Shown piece by piece: positions 24,675 to 38,007 of a DNA stretch of 64,000 nucleotides. A program made the position numbers and the translations under genes. The stretch covers positions 544,001 to 608,000 of the forward strand of contig CAWBAN010000001.1 of the NCBI GenBank assembly GCA_963786935.1, read 5' to 3'. Numbering within the stretch: position 1 is the stretch's first letter; each line of letters starts with the position of its first letter. The notes under the pieces are model-generated. The model made no database searches, was not told the DNA's origin, and was given only the letters and a program-made list of their open reading frames with translations. The stretch comes from an uncultured bacterium. GTDB lineage: Bacteria; Krumholzibacteriota; Krumholzibacteriia; Krumholzibacteriales; Krumholzibacteriaceae.

Positions 24675-27395
24675 TTGCCCGAGCTGGAAAAAGTATACAA
24701 TCCCGTCGACGTCGAACGGAAATGGACGGCCGTCTGGCGCGAACGCCGGGCGTTCACTCCGGACGCGAAGTCGCCGGAGCCGCCGTTCACCATCGTTCTC
24801 CCGCCCCCCAACATCACCGGTTCGCTCACGGTCGGGCACGCCCTCGGCACGACCGTGCAGGACCTCCTCTGCCGCTGGAAGCGGATGAAGGGATTCAACG
24901 TCCTGTGGCTCGCCGGGATGGACCACGCCGGCATCGCGACGCAGAAGGTCGTCGAGCGCGCGCTCCTCGAACGGGGCGTGACGAAGGACGCCCTCGGCCG
25001 CGAGAAGTTCCTCGATGAGTGCTGGGCGTGGAAGGAGAAATACCACGACAAGATCGTCGAGCAGCTCGGGGCGCTCGGCGCCTCGCTCGACTGGTCGCGC
25101 GAGACGTTCACGCTCGATCCGGGGGTCTCGCGGGCGGTCCGCGAGGTGTTCGTGCGGCTGTATCGCAAGGGGCTCATCTACCGCGACCGCTACATCGTCA
25201 ACTGGTGCCCCGCGTGCGGCACGGCAATCTCGGATGAAGAGGTCGATTTCGTCGAGACGCACGGGAAGCTCTACTACATCGCCTATCCCTTCGCCGGCGG
25301 CGGGGGAGAGCTCGTCGTCGGCACGACGCGCCCCGAGACGATGCTCGGGGACGTCGCCGTCGCGATGAATCCCGCGGACAAGCGCGCCGAGGCGCTGCGG
25401 GGGAAGATGCTCGAGCTCCCGCTCACGGAGCGCGCGATCCCGGTCATCTTCGACGAGGCGGTGGATCCCGCCTTCGGCACCGGCTGCCTGAAGGTGACCC
25501 CGGCCCACGACGCCACCGATTTTCTCATCGGCCTCAGGCACCGGCTCGATCCGGTCGTCGTCATCGACCGCGCGGGACGGATGACCGCCGAGGCGGGACG
25601 CTTCGCGGGGCTCGACCGGCGCGAGGCGCGCGCGCAGGTGCTCTCGGCGCTGGAGGAGCGGGGCCTCCTTCGGAAGATAGACGACTACGATCACGCGATC
25701 GGGCACCACGACCGCTGCGGGACCGCGATCGAGCCGTACATCTCGCGGCAATGGTTTCTCCGGATGCGGACGCTCGCCGCGCCCGGCATCGAGGCGGCGA
25801 AGCGCGGAGCGGTGACCTTCACGCCGGACCGGTGGGGGAACATCTACCTTTCGTGGATGGAGAATATCAGGGACTGGTGCATCTCTCGGCAGCTCTGGTG
25901 GGGGCACCGGATCCCCGTCTGGTACTGCGTCGGCTGCGACGAGACGATCGTCGCCGTGGAAACGCCGGCGGTTTGCCCGAAGTGCGGCGGCACCGCGCTC
26001 GCGCAGGACGAGGACGTTCTCGACACGTGGTTCTCGTCATGGCTCTGGACGTTTTCGCCGATGGGCTGGCCCGACAAAACGGCCGACCTCGAGACCTTCC
26101 ATCCGACGAGCGTGCTCGTCACGGGAGGGGACATCATCTTCTTCTGGGTCGCGCGAATGATCATGGCGTCGCTCGAGTTCATGGGCGAGATCCCCTTCTC
26201 GACGGTCTATATCACCGGCATCGTCCGGGACACGAGGGGGCGCAAGATGAGCAAGTCGCTCGGCAACTCCCCCGATCCGATCGATATCATCGGCCGCTCG
26301 GGCGCCGACGCCTTCAGGTTCACCCTCATGATGCTCTCGCCGCCGGGGCAGGATATCATGTTCGACGAATCGAAGGTCGACGTGGGCAAGCATTTCGCGA
26401 ACAAGGTATGGAACGCCGCGCGGTTCGTTCTCGGCCGGGAGGCCGGCGCCGATCGCGAGGGGGCGGACGCCCCCGGCGCGGGCGCGTCCCGCGCGGGAAG
26501 CGCCGAGACGCCGGCCGCGCTCCACGAGGCGGTTTTCGGCGCCGCGGCGGACGCGGACGCCGCGTACGGCTGGGAGGATCGCTGGATCGTGAGCCGGCTC
26601 GCGAAACGTGCCGCCGAGCTCGATGGGCATATCGACGCGTACCGGTTCGACGAGGCCTCCCGCACCCTCTACGATTTCTTCTGGCACGAGTACTGCGACT
26701 GGTATCTCGAGCTCTCCAAGGCCGCCGTCCGTCAGGGCGGGGCGCGGGCGCGGGGCGCCGCCGTCGCGGCCCGGTCCGTCCTCGGAGCGTCGATGATCCT
26801 CCTCCATCCGATGATGCCGTTCGTCACGGAGGAGATATGGAGCTTGCTGGCGCCGGGGAGCGGCATGCTCGCGGGGCATCGATTCCCCGGCGCTCCGGCG
26901 CGCTCGCTCGACGAGGGGCTCGAGGCGGACGTCGATTTCTTCAGGGAGATCGTGGCTGCGATCAGGAATCTCCGCCAGAGCTTCAACATCCCGCCGGGGA
27001 AGCCGGTGAGCGTCGTCCTCAACTGCGAGAAGGGGCGCGGCATCCCGGCGCGCCTCGAGCGGTTCCGCGAGCAGATCGGGCTTCTCGCGAAGGCGGGCGA
27101 TCTCACGATCGCCGACGGCGCGGCGCGGCCGCCCGGATCGGTCGCCGCGGGGCTCTCCGCGATCGAGATCTACCTGCCTCTGGCGGGGGTCGTGGACATC
27201 GAAGCGGAGAAAAAAAGGCTCGGCAAGGATCTCGAGAAGGTCACGCGCGAGTGCGAAAAGGTCGAGGGGCGTCTCAAAGACGGGCGTTTCACGGAAAAAG
27301 CGCCGCCGGACGTTGTCGAACAGGAGAGAAACCGCTACAATGAGATGTCGGACCGGAAGCGGCGCATAGCCCGAATCCTGGAGGACCTGGGGTGA
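24675..27395 (+). CDS. valS: Valine--tRNA ligase
   Basis: [63 protein letters not shown]-terminal coiled coil. AAGGAG precedes the TTG start. Confidence 0.97.
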   Translation: MPELEKVYNPVDVERKWTAVWRERRAFTPDAKSPEPPFTIVLPPPNITGSLTVGHALGTTVQDLLCRWKRMKGFNVLWLAGMDHAGIATQKVVERALLERGVTKDALGREKFLDECWAWKEKYHDKIVEQLGALGASLDWSRETFTLDPGVSRAVREVFVRLYRKGLIYRDRYIVNWCPACGTAISDEEVDFVETHGKLYYIAYPFAGGGGELVVGTTRPETMLGDVAVAMNPADKRAEALRGKMLELPLTERAIPVIFDEAVDPAFGTGCLKVTPAHDATDFLIGLRHRLDPVVVIDRAGRMTAEAGRFAGLDRREARAQVLSALEERGLLRKIDDYDHAIGHHDRCGTAIEPYISRQWFLRMRTLAAPGIEAAKRGAVTFTPDRWGNIYLSWMENIRDWCISRQLWWGHRIPVWYCVGCDETIVAVETPAVCPKCGGTALAQDEDVLDTWFSSWLWTFSPMGWPDKTADLETFHPTSVLVTGGDIIFFWVARMIMASLEFMGEIPFSTVYITGIVRDTRGRKMSKSLGNSPDPIDIIGRSGADAFRFTLMMLSPPGQDIMFDESKVDVGKHFANKVWNAARFVLGREAGADREGADAPGAGASRAGSAETPAALHEAVFGAAADADAAYGWEDRWIVSRLAKRAAELDGHIDAYRFDEASRTLYDFFWHEYCDWYLELSKAAVRQGGARARGAAVAARSVLGASMILLHPMMPFVTEEIWSLLAPGSGMLAGHRFPGAPARSLDEGLEADVDFFREIVAAIRNLRQSFNIPPGKPVSVVLNCEKGRGIPARLERFREQIGLLAKAGDLTIADGAARPPGSVAAGLSAIEIYLPLAGVVDIEAEKKRLGKDLEKVTRECEKVEGRLKDGRFTEKAPPDVVEQERNRYNEMSDRKRRIARILEDLG

Positions 27396-28336
27396 ACGAA
27401 GAGAACAAGGAGCCGATGGACCAGTCGGCCGGCGAGCACGGGGCGGGATCGCCGGCGCCGCCGGCCGGGGACGACGCGGCGCCGCGGCCCGAGGACCGGG
27501 AGGCCGGCGCATCGGGCGCTCAGAGCGCGTCCCTCAAGGGGGAGGAAACCGTCGGCGAGATCCTGCTGGCGGGGCGCGAGCGGCTCGGGCAAACGCTCGA
27601 GTACATGAGCCAGGAGACGAAGATTCCGAAGCAGACCCTCCAGTATCTCGAGACCGACAACTACGAGGCGCTCCCCGCGAAGGTGTACGCGAAGAGCTTC
27701 CTCCGCGCGTACGCGTCCGCGCTCGATCTCGACATCCAGCACATTCTGAACAAGTACGAGGTTCAAACCGGGCAGACGCACCGCAGCAAGGGGGATCACT
27801 GGGAGATCGAGACGGAGATCGTCGAGGAGAAGCTGCGGTCCCCGAATCTGCTGCGGCGCTACGTGATTCCGGCGGTCATCGTGGTCGCGCTCGTCGTGCT
27901 CGTCGTGAAGCTCGCGGGGAGGAAGGAAGAGAAGGCGGAGCCTCCCCGTCCGGTCGATCTCAAGGAGCAGCTGCTCGAATCGAAGACCGCCGCCGCGGAG
28001 CCGGCCGCGAGTCAGAGCGAGCCGGCGGAGGCGCTGCTCGAGCCGATGGAGCTCAACATCGTCGCCAATCCGACCGACAGCTGCTGGTTCGAGCTCATGA
28101 CCGTATCCGTCGTGGAGCAGCAGCCGGAGACCACCATCAGCCGGTTCACCCTGCCGCCCGGCCGCGCGCGGGCGTTTCAGGCGACGGAGGAATTCTACTT
28201 CATGAAGGTCGGCAACGCGGGGGGCTTCGTCATGGAATTGAACGGCTCCAAGCTTCCCACGCTCGGCAGAAAAGGCAAGGTCATCACCAACTACCGGATC
28301 ACGCGCGAGAACCTTCCCCGCGGAAAGAAAGACTAG
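27392..28336 (+). CDS. rodZ: RodZ-like protein (HTH_25 + TM + DUF4115)
   Basis: [20 protein letters not shown]...LE...[18 protein letters not shown], a single TM, and the C-terminal KVGNAGG..MELNG. Confidence 0.75.
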   Translation: MNEENKEPMDQSAGEHGAGSPAPPAGDDAAPRPEDREAGASGAQSASLKGEETVGEILLAGRERLGQTLEYMSQETKIPKQTLQYLETDNYEALPAKVYAKSFLRAYASALDLDIQHILNKYEVQTGQTHRSKGDHWEIETEIVEEKLRSPNLLRRYVIPAVIVVALVVLVVKLAGRKEEKAEPPRPVDLKEQLLESKTAAAEPAASQSEPAEALLEPMELNIVANPTDSCWFELMTVSVVEQQPETTISRFTLPPGRARAFQATEEFYFMKVGNAGGFVMELNGSKLPTLGRKGKVITNYRITRENLPRGKKD

Positions 28337-28356
28337 CGTCGCGCGCGGGTGCGTCC

Positions 28357-30387
28357 ATGTCCCTGTTCACGCTCACATCGCAGCACCGGCCGACCGGGGA
28401 TCAGCCCGAGGCGATCGCGGGCCTCGTCGCGAACGTCGAGGCGGGGAAAAGATTCCAGACGCTCCTCGGCGTGACGGGCTCGGGGAAGACCTTCACGATC
28501 GCGAACGCGATCGCGCGGCTCGGCATGCCGGCGCTCATCATCTCCCACAACAAGACGCTCGCCGCGCAGCTCTACGGGGAGATGAGGGGCCTGTTTCCCG
28601 CGAACGCCGTCGAATATTTCATCAGCTATTACGACTACTACCAGCCCGAGGCGTTCATTCCCTCGACCGACACCTATATCGAGAAAGACGCGTCGATCAA
28701 CGAGGATATCGACCGGCTCCGGCTCCACGCGACCGGTTCGCTCCTCACCCGGCGCGACGTGATCGTCGTCGCGAGCGTGTCGTGCATCTACGGCCTCGGT
28801 TCTCCCGAGGAGTTCGGGAAGCTCAGCTTCACCGTTTCGCAGGGGGAGCGCGTCGGCCGCGACGAGGTGCTGCGTCGGCTCGTGCAGATCCGGTATTCGC
28901 GCAACGATATCGATTTCGCGCGCGGCACCTTCCGCGTGCGCGGCGACACGATCGAGCTCTGGCCGGCGTATCTGGAGGAGGCGGTTCGCATCGAGCTGTT
29001 CGATGACGTGATCGAGCGGATCTCCTTCATTCATCCCGTCTCGGGGGAAGCGCTGCGCCGCGCAGACGCCGCGGCCGTGTTCCCCTCGTCCCATTTCGTG
29101 ACGTCGGGGGAGAATCTCGAACACGCGATCGAATCGATCGAGAAGGAGCTCGTCGGCCGTCTCGGGGAGCTGCGCGCCCAGGGGAAGGACTTCGAGGCGA
29201 AGCGGCTCGAGACGAGGACGCGCTACGACATCGAGATGCTCGGGGAGATGGGGTACTGTCCCGGCATCGAGAACTACTCGCGGCATTTCTCGGAGCGGCT
29301 GCCCGGCGAGCGCCCGGCGACGCTCATCGACTACTTCCGCGACGATTACCTCGTCGTCATCGACGAGTCGCACGTGACTATTCCGCAGATCCGCGGCATG
29401 TACGAGGGAGACCGGAGCAGGAAGCGGACGCTCGTCGAGCACGGCTTCAGGCTGCCGTCGGCGCTCGACAACCGGCCGCTCACGTACGCCGAATTCGAGG
29501 CGCTCGTCCGGCGCGTGATCTTCGTGTCGGCGACGCCGGGAGATTTCGAGCTCGAACGCTCCGGGGGCGAGGTCGTCGAGCAGATCGTGCGCCCCACGGG
29601 GCTCATCGATCCCGTCACCGAAGTGCGTCCCGTCGCGGGACAGATCGACGATCTCCTCGGCGAGATCCGCGCGCGCGTGGCCAAGCGCGAGCGCGTGCTC
29701 GTGACGACGCTCACGAAACGCATGGCCGAGGATCTCACGTCGTACCTCTCGGGGCTCGGCGTGCGCGTGCGGTACCTGCACAGCGACATCCACGCGCTCG
29801 ACCGGATCGGGATACTCCGCGACCTGCGCTTCGGCGAGTTCGACGTGCTCGTCGGTATCAACCTGCTCCGCGAAGGGCTCGATCTGCCCGAGGTGTCCCT
29901 CGTGGCGGTGCTGGACGCGGACAAGGAGGGATTCCTCCGGTCGCGGACATCCCTGATCCAAACGGCGGGGCGCGCCGCGCGAAACATCGAGGGAACGGTC
30001 ATCTTTTACGCCGACACGGTCACCGGCTCCATGGCGCGGGCCATCGAGGAGACGAACCGGCGCCGCGAGAAGCAGATCGAATACAACCGGAAGCACGGCA
30101 TCACGCCGCGGTCGATCGTCAAATCGGTCGAAGAGGTGATGCTCTCGACCTCGCTCATCGACGCGAGACGGAGCCGCGAGAAGGAGCAGGAGCTCGCCGC
30201 CGAGCTCTTCGTCCCTGCGGGGGAGGACGACGCCGCCATGCTCGCGCGCCTCGAAGCGGAGATGTGGAAGGAAGCGGAAGCGATGCATTTCGAGAAGGCG
30301 GCGAGCATTAGGGATCGCGTCGAGGAAATCAGGATGAACATGACCGGGAGGAACAAACGTGGAAGAGCGGGAAAAACGGCTCGATGA
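28357..30387 (+). CDS. uvrB: Excinuclease ABC subunit B
   Basis: [65 protein letters not shown]-terminal UVR domain. Confidence 0.98.
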   Translation: MSLFTLTSQHRPTGDQPEAIAGLVANVEAGKRFQTLLGVTGSGKTFTIANAIARLGMPALIISHNKTLAAQLYGEMRGLFPANAVEYFISYYDYYQPEAFIPSTDTYIEKDASINEDIDRLRLHATGSLLTRRDVIVVASVSCIYGLGSPEEFGKLSFTVSQGERVGRDEVLRRLVQIRYSRNDIDFARGTFRVRGDTIELWPAYLEEAVRIELFDDVIERISFIHPVSGEALRRADAAAVFPSSHFVTSGENLEHAIESIEKELVGRLGELRAQGKDFEAKRLETRTRYDIEMLGEMGYCPGIENYSRHFSERLPGERPATLIDYFRDDYLVVIDESHVTIPQIRGMYEGDRSRKRTLVEHGFRLPSALDNRPLTYAEFEALVRRVIFVSATPGDFELERSGGEVVEQIVRPTGLIDPVTEVRPVAGQIDDLLGEIRARVAKRERVLVTTLTKRMAEDLTSYLSGLGVRVRYLHSDIHALDRIGILRDLRFGEFDVLVGINLLREGLDLPEVSLVAVLDADKEGFLRSRTSLIQTAGRAARNIEGTVIFYADTVTGSMARAIEETNRRREKQIEYNRKHGITPRSIVKSVEEVMLSTSLIDARRSREKEQELAAELFVPAGEDDAAMLARLEAEMWKEAEAMHFEKAASIRDRVEEIRMNMTGRNKRGRAGKTAR

Positions 30388-31213
30388 GCTCGTGAGGGCC
30401 GCGCTCGCGGAGGATGCGGCGCGAAAGGACGCGACGTCGAAACTTCTCGTCGACGCGGAGCGGATCGGGGACGCCGTCGTGCGCGCGGGGGAGCGGGGCG
30501 TCGTATCGGGACACGCGGCGTCGGAGGCGACCTTCCGGATGCTCGATCCGTCGATCGCCTATTCCGCGACGGCGCTCGACGGCGCGCGCGTGCAGCCGGG
30601 GACCGTCGTCGCCCGCGTCTACGGACACGTGCGCGCGATTCTGTCCGCCGAGCGGACCGCCCTCAATTTTCTCCAGCACTGTTCGGGGATCGCCACCCTC
30701 GCCGCCGCCTTCGCGGAGCGCGTGCGGGGAACGGGCGTCGTGATCCTCGACACGAGGAAGACGACACCGGGGCTGCGGGGCCTCGAGAAGGCGGCCGTCG
30801 TCCACGGCGGGGGGCGGAATCACCGGGCGGACCTCGCCGCGATGATTCTCGTCAAGGAGAACCACATCGCCGCGGCGGGGGGGCTCGCCGGGGCCCTTGC
30901 GAAGCTCGGGATCGCGCGTCTTCGGGACGCCGAGATCGAGGTTCGCTCGCTCGAGGAGCTCCGCATGCTGAAGGACGCGCCGCCGAAGCGGATCATGCTC
31001 GACAACTTCGAGCCGGCGCTCGTCCGCGAGGCGGTCGCGGAGATCAAAGGCTGGGTTGTCGTGCCGGAGATCGAGGTCTCGGGCGGGGTGAACCTCGACA
31101 ACGTCGCCGCCTACGCGGTCCCGGGGGTCGATTTCATCTCGATCGGCGCGCTCACGAACCGCGCGCCGGCGCTCGACATGAGTCTCGATCTCGAAGGAGT
31201 CGACCGGACGTGA
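30359..31213 (+). CDS. nadC: Nicotinate-nucleotide diphosphorylase (carboxylating)
   Basis: [47 protein letters not shown]. Confidence 0.95.
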   Translation: MEEREKRLDELVRAALAEDAARKDATSKLLVDAERIGDAVVRAGERGVVSGHAASEATFRMLDPSIAYSATALDGARVQPGTVVARVYGHVRAILSAERTALNFLQHCSGIATLAAAFAERVRGTGVVILDTRKTTPGLRGLEKAAVVHGGGRNHRADLAAMILVKENHIAAAGGLAGALAKLGIARLRDAEIEVRSLEELRMLKDAPPKRIMLDNFEPALVREAVAEIKGWVVVPEIEVSGGVNLDNVAAYAVPGVDFISIGALTNRAPALDMSLDLEGVDRT

Positions 31214-32034
31214 AGCGGCGGAGCGGCGATACGGGGGCGAGGGGCGCGGCGGAGCTGCATCCGGCCCGTCTCCTCGGGCTCTGCGCGACGAAGCGCCTCG
31301 CGCGGAGAATCGTCCTCTACGACTCGATCGGGTCGACGAACGACGCCGCCATGGCCGCCGCGGCGCAGGGCGCCGAAGGGGGCATGCTCTTCGTCGCCGA
31401 CGAGCAGACGTCGGGCAAGGGGAGGAAGGGACGCGCGTGGATCTCCGCGAAGGGCGCGAGCCTCACCTTCTCGCTTCTCCTCAGGCCCGCCCCGCGCACG
31501 GACGGGCTCACCGCGCTCTTCGCCCTCGCCGTCGTCAGGGCGCTCGACGGCTTTGTCGGGGGACTCGCCGTCAAATGGCCGAACGACATATTCTTCGGCG
31601 GGAAGAAGCTCGGCGGCATTCTCGCCGAATCGAAGGACGACGCGGCCGTCATCGGGCTCGGCCTCGACGTCAACGAGACGTCCGGGGATTTCCCCGCGGA
31701 CATCGCGTCCGAGGCGGTCTCGATGCGCATCGCCGGCGGTCGTCCCTTCGACCGGGGGATCGTGCTCTGCCGTATCCTCGAGGCCTTCGAGGCGCTCTAC
31801 GATCCGTTTCTCGAGGCGGGTTTCGCCCCGTTCCGCGGGGAGCTCGAGCGCCGGCTCCTCTATGTCGGGGCGCCGGTGATCGTGGAGAGCGGCGGGGAAT
31901 CGATCGAGGGCACGATGCTCGGCATCACGGACGACGCTCGCGTGCGCCTCGACGCCGGCGGCGCGCGGCGGATTCTCTCATCGGGCGATCTCACCCTGCG
32001 GGGAGGTTCTCGTGACACGGATTCTCGCGCTTGA
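31210..32034 (+). CDS. birA: Biotin--[acetyl-CoA-carboxylase] ligase (no N-terminal HTH)
   Basis: SIGSTND, ADEQTSGKGRKGRAW, KWPNDI, KKLGGILAE. Confidence 0.93.
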   Translation: MKRRSGDTGARGAAELHPARLLGLCATKRLARRIVLYDSIGSTNDAAMAAAAQGAEGGMLFVADEQTSGKGRKGRAWISAKGASLTFSLLLRPAPRTDGLTALFALAVVRALDGFVGGLAVKWPNDIFFGGKKLGGILAESKDDAAVIGLGLDVNETSGDFPADIASEAVSMRIAGGRPFDRGIVLCRILEAFEALYDPFLEAGFAPFRGELERRLLYVGAPVIVESGGESIEGTMLGITDDARVRLDAGGARRILSSGDLTLRGGSRDTDSRA

Positions 32035-32836
32035 CCGGGGAAACGATTCGCTCAAGGCCGCGCTCTTCGATTCGGGGACGATCGTCGCGAGGTGGCGGGA
32101 GCGCGGCGCGCGTCCCGAGGATTCGCTCCGCGGGATCGTCCGCGAGATTGCCTCCGGCGCGGCCCGCGCGGACGGCGGGCGGCTCGGGCGGAAGGATCGC
32201 GCCGGCCTGCGCGATACCCTCGCCGGCAGCGTGATCGTTCACAGCGTCGTTTTTTGCAGCGTCGATCCCCGGTGGACGGAGCGGATCGTGCGCGCGCTCG
32301 AGCGCCTCGGCGCGAGCCGCGTTCTCGAGGTGAGCGCGCGGATCGACTTCCCGTTCGACCTTCTCGTGGATCGTCCCTCGAAAACCGGCCCGGACCGCCT
32401 CGCCGCCGCGGCAGGGGTCGCCGCGGCGGGGGAGCGGGAAGCGATCATCGTGGACGCGGGGACCGCGATAACGGTGGATGTGCTCTCGAAGAAGGGATTC
32501 CTCGGCGGCGCCATTTTCCCGGGAACGGCCCTCCTGTACCGGGCGCTGCATGAAGGCACGGCGGCGCTCCCGCTCGTGTCCGAACGCGGCGGAGCCGTCC
32601 GCGCGCCGGGACGCAATACGAGGGAGGCGATCGTCGCCGGCGTCGAGGGAGGAACGGCGGGCGCCGTGAAAGAGCTCGTGGCGCGGTCCCGGGCCCGCGT
32701 TTCGAAGCGCGCCCGCGTCTGGGTGACGGGAGGAGGGGGCGCCGGGCTCTCGAAGCGCCTCGGAAAAGGCGTGCGGTACGAGCCGGATCTCGTGCTCCGC
32801 GGGCTCAAGTATCTCTTCGATCTCAACTGCGGCTGA
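32012..32836 (+). CDS. coaX: Type III pantothenate kinase
   Basis: LALDRGNDSLK, CSV, GPDR, IIVDAGTAITVD, GGAIFPG, TGG, LVLRGL. Confidence 0.9.
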   Translation: MTRILALDRGNDSLKAALFDSGTIVARWRERGARPEDSLRGIVREIASGAARADGGRLGRKDRAGLRDTLAGSVIVHSVVFCSVDPRWTERIVRALERLGASRVLEVSARIDFPFDLLVDRPSKTGPDRLAAAAGVAAAGEREAIIVDAGTAITVDVLSKKGFLGGAIFPGTALLYRALHEGTAALPLVSERGGAVRAPGRNTREAIVAGVEGGTAGAVKELVARSRARVSKRARVWVTGGGGAGLSKRLGKGVRYEPDLVLRGLKYLFDLNCG

Positions 32837-32884
32837 AAAATTCTTCTTGCGTTCTTGCCCGTTCGGGATTATATATCTCTGCAA

Positions 32885-32911
32885 GTAGCAGTCTTCATAC
32901 TAGAGTGCTAA
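32885..32911 (+). promoter_or_regulatory. CIRCE element (HrcA operator)
   Basis: GTAGCAGTC-N9-GAGTGCTAA versus the consensus TTAGCACTC-N9-GAGTGCTAA. It lies directly upstream of groES and downstream of an AT-rich -10-like region (32869-32878). Confidence 0.85.
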
Positions 32912-32945
32912 CCCGGTTAAATCAAAGAAGAAAGGGGGAAAAGTC

Positions 32946-33233
32946 ATGAAGATTACGCCTCTCGGCGACAGGGTCATGGTCAAGCCCCTGGACCTCAAGG
33001 AGGTCAAGAAGGGCGGGATCATAATTCCCGACACGGCAAAGGAAAAGCCCATGGAGGGCGAGATCATCGCGGTCGGCAAGGGCCGCATCAACGAAACCAC
33101 CGGCGAGCGCATCGCGCCCGAGGTCAAGAAGGGCGACAAGGTGCTCTACGGAAAGTACTCGGGCACCGAGATCACCGTCGATGACGTCGAGTACCTGATT
33201 CTCAGGGAAGCCGATATCCTGGCGATTCTCTAG
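32946..33233 (+). CDS. groES: Co-chaperonin GroES
   Basis: [36 protein letters not shown]. Confidence 0.99.
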   Translation: MKITPLGDRVMVKPLDLKEVKKGGIIIPDTAKEKPMEGEIIAVGKGRINETTGERIAPEVKKGDKVLYGKYSGTEITVDDVEYLILREADILAIL

Positions 33234-33247
33234 ATCGGAAGGGGTGA

Positions 33248-34885
<1,638 letters not shown>

Positions 34886-34908
34886 GACGGTCGGGAAAGC
34901 GCTCTGCG

Positions 34909-34943
34909 ACGGGCGCTCCGGGGCACTCCCGGGGCGCCCGTTT
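34909..34943 (+). terminator. Intrinsic terminator after groEL
   Basis: 14 bp stem ACGGGCGCTCCGGG / CCCGGGGCGCCCGT (one G-U) with a short T tail. Confidence 0.6.
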
Positions 34944-35114
34944 CGTATCCGGTGCGCGGCGGAGGCCGGGCTTTCCGAATTCCGCGCAAAATTCGCTTGA
35001 ATTTCGGCTTACGCCCTCATATTTTTACGTAGAACACGCGCCCTCACATGGTTTCGCCGTGTCTCCGCACGATGGTACGGGCACTGTGCCGAAAACGAAC
35101 CGGGAGGTTCCGAA

Positions 35115-36791
35115 TTGAACCGCTATCCGCACTCGATGCCGGCGTCGCTCGCGATCGCCTTCATCTTCGCCTTCATCTTCGTCGCCGGATGCAGCAATGA
35201 AGAGACCGCTCCCGCGCCGGAGAATCCTACGACGATCACGCTCTCCGGTATTCTCTGCAATCCGCTCGCGCCGGCGCCTGGAGCGACGGCGCAGCTCACG
35301 GTCCGCGCGGAAGGGCAGGGGAGCGCCGCCGTGTTCGCGTGGGGCGTCGAAGCGGGACAAATCATCCCCGACACCATCCGGAACTCCGACGGATCGATCA
35401 ACCATCTCGACAGCACGTCGATCACGGTCAGGTGGAAAGCGCCGTCCGAGCCGGGCAACTACCGGATTACGGTCCGCGCGACCGCCGGGGCCGCCGTGAG
35501 AGACACCGCGGCGTGGGTGATGGTCCGCCAGTGCGAAGCGATCAACACGGGCATGCGGTACTCCTACTTTCCGACCCTCGTCGAGGGGGAGCTCTATTTC
35601 GTGGGCACGAGCGGCAATCCGACCGACCGCTCGTTCCTCGGGTATCACGCGTACAAGCAGGATATCCCTCCCACGCAGATCGACAGGCTGACCTCGCCCA
35701 TCATCAGCGGCGGGTATGAGTTCCAGTTCTACCCCGACGGTCTCATCACGGCTTCCATCACGGACGGCGCGGAATACATAAGGCTCCAGCCGACGAACGT
35801 GATTTTCTTCCCGTATTTCGCCGCGCTTCCGAAAATATACTGGTCGAACAACGAAAGCGGGGGCACGACGTACCGGAAGAACCAGAACATCAGTCCGAGC
35901 GTGAACGCGAGCCTCGAAATGGCCGTGTGGGAGCGCAACCAGGTCGGCGCCACCGATGACGGCAAGAAGGATCTCGTCAACATCAGATTCAGGTTCTCGA
36001 CGGGGCCGATTCAAACCCTGACGACCGCCAAGGATTCGATCTACCAGCTCGGGGCGTGGAACTACACGTACTGGAGGAACATCAAGCCGATGTTCTCCCC
36101 CGATGAAGCCATGATTATCTATTTCTGCGATTCGACCGACACGTTCGAGCCGTGCGTCATCCCGGTCATCGGCGTGGAGCCGGATCTCGCCGGCCGGCGC
36201 GCGTTCATGGTCGACGACCGTCGCGGCATCTTCTTCTACGCCGGCGTGGCCGTAACCGAAAGAACCATCTTCCAGTGGAATCCCCTGAATCACACGCAGG
36301 TCGCCTTCATCGACGATGCGAAGAAGTTCTGCGTCCTCGACTACAGCGCGGAAACCGTCGAGATCATGGCGGAGGGGATCAACGAGTTCGTCTTCTCGGA
36401 GGACGGCAAGATCGCCGCGGTCGCCGAAGACGGCGTCTATATCCTCGAGCCGGGCCAGACGGAGGCGAGACGCGTTTTCACGAAAGAGCGCGCGACCGAT
36501 GCGGTGATCGGCGTCAACTGGTCGCCCGGCACCGTGAACCAGCGGCTCGGCTTCCGGATGGTGCGCAAGGGCGCTTCCCCCATCGAGTCGTACGCCGTGC
36601 TCGTGATCTACTCGATGGACGACGGCCGGTGGTACTACGCCTCGCCCGAGATCAAGCCCGTGATGTCGATGGAACCGGATGTGAACTACAAATGGCTTCG
36701 GGCCGTTTTCAATCCGTTCAGCGGCGACATGTACGTTCCCGTTCCCCTCTCGACGGGGGGCGGAAGAGCCACTATCTACCGTTCCTACTGA
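35115..36791 (+). CDS. Lipoprotein, Ig-like domain followed by a probable beta-propeller (TolB/PD40-like)
   Basis: Lipobox FVAGC. VRWKAPSEPGNYRITV is Ig/PKD-like; PMFSPDE, FSEDGKIA and NWSPG are PD40-like. Confidence 0.65.
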   Translation: MNRYPHSMPASLAIAFIFAFIFVAGCSNEETAPAPENPTTITLSGILCNPLAPAPGATAQLTVRAEGQGSAAVFAWGVEAGQIIPDTIRNSDGSINHLDSTSITVRWKAPSEPGNYRITVRATAGAAVRDTAAWVMVRQCEAINTGMRYSYFPTLVEGELYFVGTSGNPTDRSFLGYHAYKQDIPPTQIDRLTSPIISGGYEFQFYPDGLITASITDGAEYIRLQPTNVIFFPYFAALPKIYWSNNESGGTTYRKNQNISPSVNASLEMAVWERNQVGATDDGKKDLVNIRFRFSTGPIQTLTTAKDSIYQLGAWNYTYWRNIKPMFSPDEAMIIYFCDSTDTFEPCVIPVIGVEPDLAGRRAFMVDDRRGIFFYAGVAVTERTIFQWNPLNHTQVAFIDDAKKFCVLDYSAETVEIMAEGINEFVFSEDGKIAAVAEDGVYILEPGQTEARRVFTKERATDAVIGVNWSPGTVNQRLGFRMVRKGASPIESYAVLVIYSMDDGRWYYASPEIKPVMSMEPDVNYKWLRAVFNPFSGDMYVPVPLSTGGGRATIYRSY

Positions 36792-36812
36792 TCGAAGCAT
36801 CGGTCCCGGCTG

Positions 36813-37997
36813 GTGTCCGTTCTCATGCGATCCAAGAGGCTCGAGCAGCTTCCGCCGTACCTTTTTGTCGAAATCGATAGGCTCAAGGAGTCGGCGCTCC
36901 GGAGCGGCCGGACGGTCTACGATCTCGGGATCGGAGACCCCGATCTCGGCGCCCCGCGCGAACTCGTCGCCGCGCTCGAACGAGCGCTCTCCAACGTGTC
37001 GCACCACCGCTATCCGCCGGGCCGCGGGCTGGGCCGGCTCATCGACTCGATACGGTCGTGGGCTCAGGGACGATACGGCGTCTCGATCGGTCCCGAAGAG
37101 ATCCTCGTCACCATCGGAAGCAAGGAAGCGATCGCGCATCTGCCGCTCGCGATCGTCAATCCGGGGGATTCGGTTCTGATCCCGGATCCGGGCTACCCCG
37201 TGTACTACTCATCGGCCGTCTTCGCGGGGGCCTCATGCGTCCGCGTTCCGCTCACCGAGGAGCTCGGATTTCTGCCGGCGCTCGACGAACTCGATCCGCG
37301 GGCCCTGAACGGGGCGCGCCTCCTGTTTCTCAACTATCCGAACAATCCCACCGCCGCCGTCGCCGGGGAGCGCTTCCGCCGCGGGGCGATCGAATTCTGC
37401 GGCGCGCGGGGCATCGTGCTGGCGAGCGACGCGGCCTACGGGGAGATCTGGTACGAGGAGCCGACCGTCCCGTTCTTCCGCGAGGCGCGCGAGGCGGGAA
37501 TCCCGTACATCGAGTTCTTCTCGTTCTCGAAGACCTTCTCGATCACGGGGTGGCGCGTCGGGTTCGCGATCGGTTCCCCGGAGATCATCGCGGCGCTCGC
37601 GCAGCTCAAGAACAACATCGACTCCGGCGTATTCGGCGCGATACAAGAAGCCGTCGCCGACACGATGGAACGCCATTACGACGCGATCATGGGCGAGATC
37701 CGCGGCGTCTATCGCGAGCGGCGCGACATCCTCGCCGGCTGCCTCGAGCGGGCGGGCTTTTCCTTCACGAAACCGCAGGCGACGTTCTATTTCTGGGTCC
37801 GCACGCCGGGGCGAAGAGGGTCGATCGATTTCTGCCGCGAGCTGCTGGAGGGATGCGGCGTCGTCGCGGCGCCGGGCATCGGCTTCGGCGAGCGGGGGGA
37901 AGGCTATTTCCGGCTGTCGATTACGGCCGCCACGGAGACCGTCCGCGCGGCGGGCCGGAAGATCGAGGAGCTCGGCGCGCGAATCACCGAAGGCTAG
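36813..37997 (+). CDS. dapL: Class I/II PLP aminotransferase, LL-diaminopimelate aminotransferase-like
   Basis: LPPYLFVEID, DLGIGDPD, GSKEAIAH, PDPGYPVY, LNYPNNPT, DAAY, FSFSKTFSITGWRVG, GEGYFRLS. Confidence 0.75.
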   Translation: MSVLMRSKRLEQLPPYLFVEIDRLKESALRSGRTVYDLGIGDPDLGAPRELVAALERALSNVSHHRYPPGRGLGRLIDSIRSWAQGRYGVSIGPEEILVTIGSKEAIAHLPLAIVNPGDSVLIPDPGYPVYYSSAVFAGASCVRVPLTEELGFLPALDELDPRALNGARLLFLNYPNNPTAAVAGERFRRGAIEFCGARGIVLASDAAYGEIWYEEPTVPFFREAREAGIPYIEFFSFSKTFSITGWRVGFAIGSPEIIAALAQLKNNIDSGVFGAIQEAVADTMERHYDAIMGEIRGVYRERRDILAGCLERAGFSFTKPQATFYFWVRTPGRRGSIDFCRELLEGCGVVAAPGIGFGERGEGYFRLSITAATETVRAAGRKIEELGARITEG

Positions 37998-38007
37998 GGA
38001 GGGATCC

